A stretch of DNA of 64,000 bases from Octopus vulgaris (taxonomy: Eukaryota): the NCBI GenBank assembly GCA_951406725.2, contig OX597828.1:1116001-1180000 (forward strand), given 5' to 3'. This document shows, in pieces, positions 50,995 to 64,000 of this stretch. The notes beneath the pieces were generated by a model. It saw only the letters and a program-made list of their open reading frames with translations. It had not been told where the DNA came from and did not search any database. A program made the position numbers and the translations under genes. Position 1 is the stretch's first letter; each line of letters opens with the position of its first letter.

Positions 50995-53235
50995 ATTATT
51001 ATTATTATTCAGTAGTTTTATTTTCATAGCGTGCTTTCACTTCACTACCGAGCGCAGCTCTGTGTGCCTTGGGTATGTGCTGTGATTTGTTGTGATGCTC
51101 TGATGGTTACTGTATTGAAAGTGTTTTGCATACGATGTGTGCAGTGCCTAGTAGTGCAATTTTCTGTATGTTATATGTGTTTGTAAGTCCTGGTGTTTTT
51201 GTTATGTATTTGTCTGAATATTTTTTTATCATGCCTAATGCGCCTACTATGATAGGAATTGTTTCTGGTTTTAGATTCCACATTCTAGTTACCTCTATTT
51301 CCAGATCTTTGTATTTTGAAAGTTTCTCCATTTCTTTTAGAGACACGTTGTCATCTGCTGGTATTGATACATCAATTAGAAAGCATTTTTTTTCTTCATG
51401 ATCTCTGACAACTATATCTGGTCTGTTGGCCTTAATTTCTCTATCTGTGTGTATTGGCATATCCCAGAGTATGGTTGCTTTCTCGTTTTCTGTGACCTTT
51501 TCTAGTGTGTGCCTATACCATCTTTTTTGTTGTTATTCCATAATGTTGGCATAGCTTCCAGTGTATGTAGGTCCCAACTCTGTCATGTCTGTGAATATAT
51601 TCCTTCTTAGCCAGGACTGGGCAGCCAGAGATAATATGATATATTGTTACTTGTCCATCTCCACATATTCTGCAGTTACTTGTTATATTTCTTTTCATTA
51701 CATGCTTTTGGTAATTTCTGGTGGGGAGGCTTTGGTCTTGTGCTGCAATTAAAAATCCCTCTGTCTCTGCTTTGAGTCCTGAGCTTCTCAACCACTGCTG
51801 GGATTTTTCTTTGTCTATTTCTTTTGCATTTAGTTTAGTCCAGTACTTGCCATGAAGGGGCTTTTCTTGCCATTGTTTTATCATGGTCCGTTGCTGTTCT
51901 AGTTTTAGTTTTGATTTCATTTGCTTTATAGCTTTTGTTGTGTCTTCTTCTTCTTCGTATTTGTTAGGTGGTATGATTTCTGTTTGTATTTGTCAGCTTC
52001 CTTAAATACTGAGAACAGTTTTTTGTTTTGCCGCTATTTGTATCAGTTTTCCTTGCTTCTGAAGTAAGTATTTTTGCAGTCCTATGGTGGTTATTTTATA
52101 ATAGTTTTCCAGCTTTATAAGGCCTCTACCACCTTCTATACGTTGTAAATATAGCCTTTCTATGTCAGATTTTGGGTGATGCATCCTAGATCCTGTCATT
52201 ATTTTTCTTGTTTACCTATCTATTTTGGTTAGTTCATTTAGCGTCTAGTTAAGGATATTGTAGCTGTAACTTATAACTGGGACGGCTAAAATGTTAATAC
52301 CTATTATCTTGTTTTTAGCATTGAGCTCTGTTTTTAGTATTGATCTAACTCATCTATAGTATTCTTTCTTTATTTTCTCTTTCATTTGTGTGTTGTATCA
52401 TATCAAGTTCATGGATTCCTAAATATTTGTAAGTTTGGCTTTGGTCTAATTCTCTTATTTCATTGGCTTTATCTAGTGTGATGTTGCTACTCTTAACTAG
52501 TTTTCCTCTTTTCAGGGTTACTTTGGCGCATTTTTCTAATCCAAATTTCATATCTATTTCTTTGGTAAATCCATGAACTGTCTTTAGTAGTGTTTCCAGC
52601 TGTTTGTCATTTGTAGTGTATAGTTTTAGGTCATCCATATATAAAAGGTGGCTGATCGTTTTGCCGTAACATTTATATCCGCATCCAGTTCTATTTAGCA
52701 TATCAGATAGAGGTGACAGTGCGAAGCAGAAAAGGAGTGGAGAGAGCGTGTCTTCCTGGAATATTCCTCTTCTAATGGGGATGGCTTTGGTTTTCATGAG
52801 TCCCTCTTTTGTTTGGAGCTGTAGCACTGTCTGCCATTTATTCATAGTGTCCTATGTATTTTATAATTATTGGTGCTACCTTGTTAATGGCTAGTGTTTC
52901 GAGGATCCATGTGTGGGGGATGCTATCAAACGCCTTTTTGTAGTCGATCCAGGCCATACTGAGGCCTTTCTTCTTTCTGTGGCTGTCTTCAGTTATGGCT
53001 TTATTGATCATTAGCTGATCTTTACAGCCATATGAGCCTTTGCGCCATCCTTTCTGCTCTTCTGGAAACAGGTTGTTTTCGTCCAGGTGCTTGTTCAATC
53101 TTTGTGATATTACTGCAGTAAATGCTTTGTACGTTGTAGGGAGACAAGTTATAGGTCTGTAGTTTTCTGGTTTTGCCGTTTCATTGGATTTTGGAATTAA
53201 GATGGTTTTCCCCTTATTTAATATCCATGTTGACA
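50995..53235 (-). mobile_element. R4/Dong-clade non-LTR retrotransposon (RT plus restriction-like endonuclease), 5'-truncated
   Basis: NYRPITCLPT, WIDYKKAFDS, GIFQ.D.LSPLLF, HLLYMDDLKL, AAQDQ, CRICG..HIISGC, RHD, NRPDIV, EKLSKY; (TAA)n tail. Confidence 0.93.
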
Positions 53236-53548
53236 TGGTTTGGACAGTTTGACAGGAGCTAGCCAGTCAGGACTATACCAAGCTATCTTTTTTGGCATGG
53301 GTTTACAGTTGAATGCCCTTTCTAGTGCTAACCTCTTTACAGAATGGACTGAGAGCTTTTTACATGACAGCAAGTAATTCACAAGTAGTACTGAAAGAAG
53401 TGGCTTTGTGCCAGATGGTGAGAGTGGCAGTATATCAATGATACAATTTGCAGGGGAAGAACAGAAGAGAGATATGGCTTGGAGGCATTGGGAAGTCAGG
53501 GGCAAAGTGCATGATGAGATGTGGTGGGGACATACATTTATAAGTATA

Positions 53549-54383
53549 CTAGCAGAATTGCCCGGCGTTGCTCGGGGCTGAATTACTTGAAAGTACTGTT
53601 AATGATTGCACTGAACGATGACGATTATTCAGGCAAATATTGATATAAGTTTACGCTGGGAGATAAGGACTTAACGATCAAACGTGTGCCATTGCATTGT
53701 TTTGGGGGAACCAAATTTCTGATGAGCATTATAGGGGCACCAACTTTAAGTTTGAGAATGTGTGGTGGTAGTCCGGGGTGCTCAAAGGAATTGAGTACCT
53801 CTATTGGATAGTTGATGACGTCCTCTGGGTCAGGAGTTGTATCGATAGACTGATATACATAGACTTCCCCAGGAATGAGTTTTAGCATTTCATCATTAAT
53901 ATGGTGAACAGTTTTATTCCTTGGGGCCAGTATAGCCTTTTTGCCAATCCAATCCATATTCTGATAATTAGCTTGTAGATCTTGGAATACTGCATCTCTG
54001 AGATCAGAAGGCATCTTAACAATGGTACAAATGGAATCGATGGCAATATTACCATTTTCATCCCCTGGTATTTTGCCTTCGCCAAGTGCAATGAGGGTGT
54101 GAGGAAATGCTGCTGATGTGATATTATGTCACATATGAGCACGCATATTGGTGTGAAGTTTGAGAGTTACTTCCCTTAATTTTAAAAAAATGCATTAAAA
54201 TGGGAAAAAATGATGGTAAATTATTTGTAAAATCGTAGACGCGCGCTAATACCCAGAAGGGCTCGATATGAATCACAACTATAAGATACTCAGTTTTGGT
54301 TAAACTGCATCGCAAAATGTGGGAGTAGTTAGGAATCTAAATCGGAGTAGACAGACACACAACCTTTCTTTTATATATAAAGA
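53549..54383 (-). mobile_element. Helitron deletion derivative carrying a PIF1 helicase fragment
   Basis: TC...CTAG ends with 3' hairpin; ORF 53625..54014 has ILAPRN...SID...GLPPHILKLKVGAPIMLIRNL...CNGTRL. Confidence 0.9.
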
Positions 54384-54740
54384 TTTTCGTCCTAAAAACT
54401 TTGTATGGAGTAAATGGTTACCTCTATGGAAATATATACACACACATTATACATACATGTGTGTATAGATGAATATATAAATACATTTAAATATCTATAT
54501 ACACTTTTGGGCGATCTTTCTGCTTCTTAGAGATAACTTTAGATGTTATTTTCGTCCTAAAATACTTTGTGCGGAGTGAATGGTTACCTCTATGGAAATA
54601 TATACACACACATTATACATACATGTGTGTATAGATGAATATATAAATACATTTAAATATCTATATACACTTTTGGGCGATCTTTCTGTTTCTTAGAGAT
54701 AACTTTAGATGTTATATTCGTCCTAAATAACTTTGTATGA
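54384..54740. repeat. Tandem ~166-bp duplication (about 2.1 units)
   Basis: TTCGTCCTAAA recurs at ~54386, 54551 and 54717 with near-identical intervening sequence. Confidence 0.9.
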
Positions 54741-55984
54741 ATTGAAAAAGAAAATGAATTGAAATTCTAAAAGAAAGGAATTTGTTTACATACATGTGTA
54801 AAATGGCAAATGTTTGTGCAGTTGTCTGATGGAACTGATGTATTATAATGAATAGTCCTCCTTCTTGTGAATATTAATTTGATTAATATGAACTGAAAAC
54901 CAGTGGTGTAGCATAGGTGATCTTCTAGCAAAAAGGATGACCAGTCTGAATGGGTCATCCCTGTCACACACACACACACACCCTCACACAGACACACACG
55001 TTAGCTTACAATGTCTGTCAACAATTGACACTGTCGTATATATTAGTGTGTCTATGTGTCTAAAGAGGAAGTGGGAGTAATAGGCAGAGTAAAGGCTTCA
55101 AAGTGAAATGTTAAAATATTGAGTTTTCTCGAATTTTGTCTTAATTGGGGGTGAAATTGAAAGAAATTTTGTATGGCATGACCCAATAGAAGTTCTTTGA
55201 AAAATCATAGGTAAAGTCTAATTGAAGAAATTGTGTGAGGAGTAAATCGTTATGTATTTATTTGTTTCTGTTTGCTGCTTTTTTTTTTTTAGTAGTGTTG
55301 TAAGGTAGACTTGCAAAGAGAAAGTCATAGAAATGAGAGTGATAGCGTGAGTGAATCAGATCCCTCCCTTTGTGTGTGTGTGTGTGTGCGAGTGCTGTAA
55401 CCCACACTAAGAAATGCATTTGACTTATACACCACAATGTGAGTTTTCTCTAAATTTTGCTTAATTGGGGTTGAAATTTTTAAAAACTGGACCTGGCACG
55501 ACCCGATGCATTCTATTCTTAAAAATGCTAGGTAAATTGTAATTGAAGAAATCCTATATTGTAGATTTCTATAAGATACAAAGGGAGGCAGATAAAATCT
55601 GCCTTTTATAATAAGAGATAAATATATATATATATATATATTAAGAACAAACTTACTTAGAAATGGATGCATGCGTTCTGTCGTGTAATAACAAATTAAT
55701 AAATAAAACATATGCATATATACATACATATATGTACGTACCTACATCTACATGCATATATGGATACAGGACACCAAAAAAACGTCGAACACAATGAGAA
55801 ACGAAAACATAAACACAAAACCAAGGAACTGGACATTTTTCTTAAACAACGTAAAAATAGAGTACAGGACATATAACACAAGGAAAATTCCCCTTCTTCA
55901 GTCGCCATGGTTTCATCTACTCCGCGTTTCAAAATATATATATATATATATATATATACATACACATAGATAGATAGATATAAA

Positions 55985-56155
55985 TGACAGGCTTCTTTCA
56001 GTTTCCATCAATCGAATCCACTCACAATGCTTTGATCAGCCAAGAACTATAGTAGAAAAATGTTCAGTCCCACTATGTTGCACCTTGGTGCAACATAGTG
56101 GGACTGAACATGGAACTATGTAGTTGGGAAGCAAACTTCCATACCACACAGCTAC
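55985..56155 (-). mobile_element. tRNA-derived SINE
   Basis: Reverse-complement paralogue of 57610-57770. Confidence 0.75.
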
Positions 56156-56448
56156 AGCTTAATTCAGTAATTTATAAACTGAAGAAGTCCTTAGTTTCCA
56201 CTTCCAAAACACAAGTTCTATCACCATCTAATTTCACAAACTTATCTTGGTCCAGTTGAAACTGAATAGCATGTTATGTTGAAAATGTATTGCATCAAAA
56301 GAAAGGAAACTTGCACTATAATTTACTCAACTATACAGTCTTTATTCTGATTAACTTACAATCTCTTTTCTAAATAAAAGAGAATGAAAAATACTTTCAG
56401 AATGTATGAAAGGGAATTACTATATAACTTGTCATTTTTACATAAATA

Positions 56449-56608
56449 TTATTTTTTAGCGCTTTTACAATATTTAGCTTCAAGAGAAGCAATAGTACTA
56501 TTAAAGTTGTTGGCTCTTCTTTTCAATATTTGACTTTCAAGTGAATTTTCACTGTTCAACCCAAGTTTCTTTTTCATTTCTTCAGCTTCTTTTGCTTCCA
56601 TTTCAAAT
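56449..56608 (-). CDS. DNAJC9: DNAJC9 terminal coding exon
   Basis: Acceptor TTTTGTTGCAG; phase-2 join AG|A gives R-FEMEAKEAEEMKKKLGL...SLESQILKRR...IASLEAKYCKSAKK*, matching the DNAJC9 C-terminal (histone-binding) region. AATAAA on the minus strand at 56341-56346. Confidence 0.9.
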
Positions 56609-57609
56609 CTGCAACAAAAGAATTTAGATTTAGTATCAAATTTATTATACAAGTTGAACAATTAAAAGCACAGCTTATCACAATGGATATTCAAACATTC
56701 ATCTTTGTAGCAGGACCCATAAATATTTCAAGGAATATTTCTGAAAACTTTATCCAAAAAACCTGAAAGCATAGCTTGTGTTGTGTCTATATAGAAAGCT
56801 AGTCATTTATCTGCTGCTCACTGAAAAGTGAAAGAAATTGGAATATGACGATTACTTAATGCACTTTATATTCTTTATGCATAATCTTACAGACTTAATA
56901 CATAGCACTCATAAAATAAATATTCACTCTTATTTTTCCATTTTCCCCCACAAACAAAAAATCTCATACATATGATACAACCTTCAGTTAAATTACATAT
57001 ATCTGCCACATAAATAAGTGTGAATATTTCACAGAATTGTACTTGTGCGCATGCATTAAGTAATAGGTGATATAAAAAAATTAGTTCAATTTTCACTATC
57101 CAATCACCTCCACCTCTCTCTGCCTTAATCAGAACATTACCCCTCTGCTAAAATTATATTTTTAACTCTCCCCCTCTACCTTCAATGAACTTTTTTAACT
57201 ATGTAATAGATATTATGTTCCCCCACCTCACATCATGGACGCTTCTCTCTTCCTCTTTGCCTTATCCTCTTTTTCTCTCTCCTATTTTTCCCTTCAACTA
57301 ATCACATGAAAACATTACAATTACATTCCCTCTACCTGTCATGGACACTTCTCTCTCCCTCTTTTTCTCTTATCACATGAAAGTGTTACTGACAGGCTAA
57401 GTAACACAATGACAAGCAGAATTATTATAAGATGTGACAGGCTACAATGGATCTGTTTACTGAATTCTTCTCTTCCATCCCTGTCCTTCCCCTATCAGCA
57501 TGGCTTTCCTGTGGAGCCCAAATTTGCAATGTTGCTTTCAAACTCAATTACACTGATGTAATTGAGCCCCATCAAAGATTTTATATTCTTAGGAATTATT
57601 TGTTAACAC

Positions 57610-57880
57610 AGGTATGGCCTGTGGTAAGAAGTTAGGTTCCCAGCAACATGGTTCTGAGTTCAGCCCCACTGCATGGCACCTTGGGCAAGTGACTTCTACT
57701 ATAGCCTCAGACTGACTGAAGCCTTGTGAGTGGATTTAGTAGACAGAAATTAAAAGAAACCTGTTATATGTGTGTTTGCCTCCATCACTGCTTGACAACC
57801 AGTGTTGGTGTATTTACATCCCTGTAACTTAGCAGTTCGGCAAAAGAAACCAATAGAATAAGTACCAGCTTAAAAAATAA
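57610..57880 (+). mobile_element. tRNA-derived SINE
   Basis: TGGCCTGTGGT A-box-like, GAGTTCAGCCC B-box-like, CCTTGGGCAAGT core. Confidence 0.78.
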
Positions 57881-57974
57881 GTTAGTTTTCCCTGTGCCAT
57901 GAGGCACATAAGCAACAACACAATCTCTCCAACTAGCTCTGTTTTCTGCCACTATTCTGGTCTCTTTCCACATT

Positions 57975-59200
57975 CAGATAGTGCTTTTTACATGCCACTG
58001 GCACAGGTATCACAACTGCAATTTCCATTTGATTTTCATTTTGATGTTGATGTACTTGACGCAATAGTTCTCCTCAAGCACAGCAGGTCGTCCTATGATC
58101 CAAGGTAAGCACAGCAGGTCGCCCTACAATCCAAGGTACTTTTGAATGGGCTGGGGCTGGTTATGTGAAACTGGTGTAGGATACAGCCATGTCTTCTCAA
58201 TCACAGCATATCTCCAGAGGTTTTGGTCTTTCAGCATTGCCTCTGTGAGGCCCAACGTTCGAAGATCACGCTTCACTACCTCATCCCATGTCTTCCTGGA
58301 TTCCTTCTACTGTTTGGGAGTGGCACTTCTTCAGAGCTCTCCTCATCCATCCGTAGTACATGACCATACCAGCGCAAATATCTCTCTTGCATGCCACATC
58401 CGATGCTTCTTATGTCCAATATTTCTCTCAGGGCACTTACACTCTGTCATGTGTGCACACTGACATTACACATCCAGTGGATCATGCTAACTTCATTTCT
58501 TTCAAGCCAACGCATGTAACTCCACAGTCACGGCCCATGTTTCACTGCTGTGAAGCATGGCAGTTTGTACACATGCATTGTACAATCTACCTTTCACTCT
58601 GAGCAAGAGGCCCTTGTCACTAGTTGGGGTAGAAGTTTTCTAAATTTTGCTCAGGCTATTCTTATTCTAGTGCTAACACTCTCAGAGCTTCCATCCCCAC
58701 TACTAACTTGGTCACCTAGGTAGCAGAAGTTATCAACTACATCTAGTTTCTCCCCCTGGAGTGTGATGGAATCTGTTTTCTGAGCATCTGTGGTGTTTAT
58801 TGCCCCTATGCATCTGCCGCGCGTGAAAGCTATCTTCGATGTTAGTGCACCTCTTATGTGTCTATAGCTTGCACTAGGTACATCTTTTGGAGTTTCTACC
58901 TACACATTTTCTACAGATCAAGCACGGCCACCTACCTGAGGGTGTGTGTGATGAGTTCACTTTCCTACTTACTAGAACTTTGGTCTTTGCTACATTGACT
59001 CTAAGACCCTTTGATTCTAAACCTAGCTTCCACACCCAACATTTCTCTAGTTCTGGTAGTGATTCTGCTATGAGGGCCAGGTCATTAGCATAGAGGAGCT
59101 CCCAGGGGCAACCCGTCTTGAATTCCTGTGGAGGACTATGATGAATAAAAGGAGACTGAGGGCTGATCCTTGGTGGACCCCTACTTCTATCCGGAATTCT
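57975..59200 (-). mobile_element. RTE copy (3' portion, decayed)
   Basis: Reverse complement of the GVHQGS...PWELLYA...YLGDQVSS...WDEVVK region. Confidence 0.9.
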
Positions 59201-59499
59201 TTAATTTGTTTGACTAAAATTCCTCAAGGTGGTGCCCCAGCATGGCTGCAGTCTAATAACTGAAACAAGTAAAAAATATTTATCTATAAAATACTTTTCT
59301 CTGCAGCTCTTTGACAATGTAACTCATGAAAAACTCAAAAGTACATTTAACATCAAGCTTACTTCAGTATCCTTTGCCAAGGAGGCACTGCTCAAATGGT
59401 ATGGGAATCTGGGTTTACATAAATGCTCCTCTATCTTTCCTTTGCTTCCTTTCTTCCATTTATGCTTGATCTTTTTTTGATAAACAATATTCTCTCTTT

Positions 59500-60235
59500 T
59501 CCAAGATGGATTAGCTCCAACAGGGAAGTGAATGAAGCTCTACAACTGTGGAGTGGGCTTGTTAACTCCAGTGTGGAGAAAACTGACTTAGAGAGTTTGA
59601 TATAACTTACAGTCCTAACACATTTTTGGCTTTTTTTTTTTTTATCTGATCAAAACTCAAGATGCTGCCCACTTTCTCAAAGTGTCAAGTTTTCTGGAGA
59701 TAGGATAGATACAGTGTGTAGCAAATATCAGTGGGTTAGGAGCCCTACATCTCTATCACCTTCAGAGCCAGAGCTGATGGATGCAGGGGAATGAAGTGTT
59801 ATTGCGGCATGCCTCTCAGTTCTAAGGTATAGATGGCAATGCTTGCCACAAGATAAATACGATCATTTAATGAGCTGAAGTCAGAGTAAATATCATCTCA
59901 ATTCTGGAACCAGTAGGATAGTCCTGGAATGATGAAAAGAGGACCAATGGACCCCTTGACTCTAAGATAGCAGCAGATGCCTTGTATTAGATGTTACTAT
60001 TAGTGACTCATGAACTCCATCACATATCCTTAATGCTGTTGTGAAGGTTGGAGTTACAGCTAAACAAAATAATGCACCAAAATACCATAATTTGTTGGCA
60101 AATTATGTAGTTTAACCCGAAGTTTTTAAGATATTGGAGAGGATTGGACAACTGACAAAGCTCACTGAAGTATCAGGTGATGCTCAAGCGAGTGCTTGGC
60201 TGTTCCAGCACCTAAGCCCTGCAGTTAAGTGGTAA
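59500..60235 (+). mobile_element. Decayed CRE-like (RLE) retroelement C-terminal remnant
   Basis: ...DIGE...LT.VSGDAQASAWLFQHLSPAV resembles CRE-clade C-termini; heavily degraded. Confidence 0.45.
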
Positions 60236-60824
60236 GTGATTTGGGATGTCACACAAATTTCTAGAGAACACCAGTTTCCCATGGTACAATGTATAATTGA
60301 GGGAGTGTGTGCATACCTCTATTTTGATTATTTACCCATTTCTATTTTTTCTTTCTTTCTTATTCTCTAACTATTTACTTTTATAAATTACTTTCTTTTC
60401 TCTGAATTATTGCAAATAAAATTTGTTAATTCCCTTCACATACTTGAGCTGCAAATTTATGGTTTTATGCTGACGATATCAGAATCTATAATGATGCTGA
60501 GGTCCATATCATGGCACATTACTGAATATTGAAAATTATTTATCTTGTTAGAAAATAACTGTTTAGCTAGCATAACTACAGATTAGTGCTCTTCAACACT
60601 CAACCTTGTTTCAGAAAAAATGCATATTTTTTAATGAAAATTTGTAGATACATTCTTGAGTACAATTACATTCATCAAATTAAAAAAAAAAAAAGAATTG
60701 AAGGATTTTGGATCATTCTCTGCATCCCCATCACAACTGCTTCTTTATAACTATTTAAATCATTATTTTAAAACATTTTCCAGAAATATTTACAAGCAAT
60801 TTTGTGAAAATATGTTTTTGAGAA

Positions 60825-61105
60825 TTTAGATTGTGTTGTAGTTGTGCCCCTTGTGCCAGTAACACGTAAAAAAGCACCATCTGAACGTGGCCAATGCCAG
60901 TGCCGCCTTGACTAGCTTCCGTGTTGGTGGCATGTAAAAAGCAGCCACTACACTCTCGGAGTAGTTGGCGTTAGGAAGGGCAACCAGCTGTAGAAACACT
61001 GCCAGATCAGATTGGGGCCTGGTGCAGCCTCCTGGCTTCCCAAACCCCAGTTGAACCATCCAACCTATGCTAGCATGGAAAACGGACGTTAAATGATGAT
61101 GATTA
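60825..61105 (+). mobile_element. RTE 3'UTR fragment inside the DNAJC9 intron
   Basis: Same 3' modules and (GAT)n tail as 8820-9200. Confidence 0.87.
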
Positions 61106-61299
61106 TGTTAAACCATTACAAATAAAAAGTTTTTGAATAGTTTTGGATTGCTCTACTTCTATTCTCCTAATTTTGCTATATACCACTAACTTTCTTAATT
61201 TTAATATTTTTTACTTTTTTCAGAAGCATCAACATACCAAAGATCCGCACTTGGAGGTGTATTTCTGCAAAATGTGAGGGGGGATGAGGAGAATGATCC

Positions 61300-62165
61300 C
61301 AAACCTCTTAATATTTTTCTTTTAATGTTAACAATCATAATACATATTCCTCGAAAATTATATCTGCAAAATTTCATAAGGAATATGTATTTTTCAGAAA
61401 ATTATGCAGTAAATATGCTTTCAAGAGTGTAGATTATACAAGACGTACCCCACCCGATTTTGTTTCCACATAACTTTCAGAAAAATGGGTACTTTTTTAA
61501 TGAAATTTTCTACAAATATGTTTAGGATGGTGTAGATCCCGATAATATCGGGACTTGCGAAAAAACCTTTCTACGAGTGGGGAGAGGAGTTACAAGAAAT
61601 TCACACAAGTCGTCTTTCTTTATAACTTTAAAAATGGGTATTTTTTAGTGAAATTTTCCACAAATAACCTTAAGAGTGTAGATTACGATCATATGAGAAT
61701 TTAATGTTAAAAAAAAAAAACAATGTAAAGAATACGCATACCCGGTGGTCAAGGTGAGGGTTAAGCCGAAAACGGGTGGTATGCGTATTCTTTACCTCTG
61801 CTCGCACACATGCATATTGGACACATCATATATTTACAAAATCAAACTTGAAATTTCGAAACATTTGTGATGTGTACGTGCTCACCCTTTTTCTTTACAC
61901 CTCAAATTCCAATATAATCGTAATCTACACACCCTGAAAGGTATTTGTAGAAAATTTCATTAAAAAAATATAATTTTTTCTGAAAGTTATGAGAAAACAA
62001 AGTCGACTCGTGTGAATTTTCTGAAACTCCTCTCCCCACTTCTGGAAAATGTTTTGCACAACAAATTCCGATGTAATCGAAATCTACACTATCTGAAGTG
62101 TGTTTGTAGGAAATTTTATTTTAAAATATTCATTTTTCTGGAAGTTATGAGGAAACAAATTTGAG
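61300..62165. mobile_element. Old fold-back element with internally repetitive arms
   Basis: CATAACTTTCAGAAAAA...AATGAAATTTTCTACAAATA...GTGTAGAT blocks (61380-61700) are mirrored by ATCTACAC...TATTTGTAGAAAATTTCATT...TTCTGAAAGTTATG (61900-62160). Confidence 0.7.
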
Positions 62166-63584
62166 GAGGGAGGCGCGAACAGAAAAAAATCAAAAAGGCT
62201 ACACTTAAGGAAATTGGCAGAACAAAATCGAATCAGAGAAAAAAGGGAAGAACGACACGAAACTCACAAAAGGCAAGAGAAGATAGATCGAATACATCGG
62301 CGCTCCAGTGATCAACTAACTGCTACTTATTTTATTAAGCTTGAGATTAGTGATCAGAACGTAGATGAGGCTAATAATGAGGCTAATAATGAAGAAGAAA
62401 GGATCAAAATTTCCTGATTTCTGCCCCACCACATCCTCTACTTTAGATGATCATAATCAGAAAATATTCCTTATTTTGGCGATCCTTCGGAATAGGTACC
62501 GGAAGTGGCTTTGTTTACATTTCTGAAGATAACAGAAACCTTTTCTCCCACCCCTAACCCCCCATATATATAAAAAAACACTTTCTTGAAATGTATCCGG
62601 TACCTATACTGAAGTTACGCCCTTATTTTTACTTCTGGGGTCGTCTGTCTTTCTATTAGAAACGTTTACCTGGGAATTTACTAAAAGTGAAAACAAAAAT
62701 CGTATGTAACAGATAAGTCATCTTAACATATTTCTGTGTACCAGACCTTTAGCTGTTATTTTTAGCATAACGAGTTTCTTGGTGAGGGTTTCATTTGCCT
62801 TCATTGTCTGTTTGTTGCTTCAGTAGAAATCTTCGGAGATTACGAAGATGCAAAAAGAAAAAAATTTTAACCCAACTCGCCGCCCCCCACTACCTCTCTT
62901 TCCTAGGGGTACAAAAGGAAGTCTTGCCATGCATTTTTCAAGGAGGGGTGCGAACCTACATTTGGCCCCTTTTAAACACGTCACAAATTAGTTGCGTCGT
63001 TAACGCTCTAAGGAAGTAGTATCGGAATATCCAAGTCTATTTTTGTATTTTCCTCGGATCGTTTCGGTTTCATTATTAATCACGTAGATAAGATGTACTT
63101 GAAAAAAGACTGCAAATTTTTTTTTCCTAAATGTCACCAACATAATTGTAATCAACACCCTCGAAAACGTATATCTGTAAAAATTCATGGCAAAACGTGC
63201 ATTTTCTGTTGGAGAGAAGGTACGAATCTGTAGTTATGTTCCGAAAATAAAAAATTAAAAGTCGAGCCGGAAAGAAATGTCAGATGTGTTATTCAATTTC
63301 TTTGCGTAATTTATAAATACATACAACATATTTTATACATAAAACTCAGCGATACGAGCCAATATTAATTTGAGTTGTTCAGCACTCTGTGTCTGTGGGT
63401 GCCATCCATAACATCATTTACAAGTATATAAATGAACAATATTTATTGATTCTAACAATAAACACGGCAATCAGCTTTCGCTCCAATTAAAATCCTAGTC
63501 TCTTTAAAGACTACTCGATATTCGTGTTTCCCTATTGTGTGAAAATACAAAAGACCTAGTCATTTTAAGAGTGTTTAAATTTAC

Positions 63585-64000
63585 CTTTTACTCCGCTTGT
63601 GTTTCTTCTTCATATCCTCTTTTATAAACATTTCAAAGTTTGGCAATTGTTTCTTTTTAATAAGTCCTTGAACAATATTTACAAATCTTGGTTCGTCTTC
63701 AGAAGTAGAACACATCATATTATCCATAATTCTATCCATGTCACCTTCATATTCTACATAGCAGTTTTTCAAGTCTTCTAGTTCTTGAGCCGACCCTTTG
63801 TATTGTTTTTCGAACTCCATAACATCGTTGACAGAAATTCTTTTGAAGAGGCAACGCCAATATGCGTACCAATCCTTACCGTCATCGACCAAATCATCGT
63901 CTATGCTACCGGTTTGATCGTAGATGGCTCGTTTATCATCGTCCTGTAATATCGAGTAAATTTTTGACAAAACTTGAAACTTCGCTGTTGCTTCTTCTCG
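63585..64000 (-). CDS. DNAJC9: DNAJC9 (DnaJ homolog subfamily C member 9) coding exon; its 5' part lies beyond the window
   Basis: End of the J domain (EATAKFQVLSKIYSILQDDDKRAIYDQTG), then DWYAYWRCLFKRI..FEKQYKGSAQELEDLK..Y....GDMDRI...DEPR; donor AG|GTAAAT at 63585/63584. Confidence 0.94.

Noticed and set aside
53625-54014. Host PIF1 helicase gene
   Set aside because: The fragment lies between Helitron termini and lacks the other helicase motifs.

Overview
Eukaryotic, AT-rich, repeat-saturated animal DNA. The repeat families and microsatellite load suggest an octopus or other coleoid cephalopod; this is inference, not a database result. The only clear host gene is DNAJC9 on the minus strand: a large J-domain-containing exon runs off the right edge and splices across a ~7 kb intron to a terminal exon at 56449-56608. 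Nearly everything else is mobile DNA: many RTE-clade LINE copies with (GAT)n tails, R4/Dong-, CR1-, L1/Tx1- and CRE-like remnants, two related short Gypsy-type LTR elements with TSDs, a solo LTR, an Academ(X)-type transposon with a nested Tc1/mariner, mariner/Tigger/maT remnants, Helitrons, tRNA-derived SINEs, fold-back elements, two satellite arrays and long (TA)n/(TG)n tracts. The [12 protein letters not shown] ORFs are microsatellite artefacts. The most unusual signals are at the RNA level: (1) both Gypsy elements have a primer-binding site complementary to the 5' end, not the 3'-CCA end, of tRNA-Phe; (2) a tRNA-headed SINE-like element carries a hammerhead ribozyme and a Penelope-style inverted duplication; (3) RTE 3'UTRs carry arrays of compact H-type pseudoknot-like modules; (4) hammerhead-bearing and covarying fold-back elements sit in (TA)n tracts. 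All coordinates were read by eye and boundaries of decayed elements are approximate.
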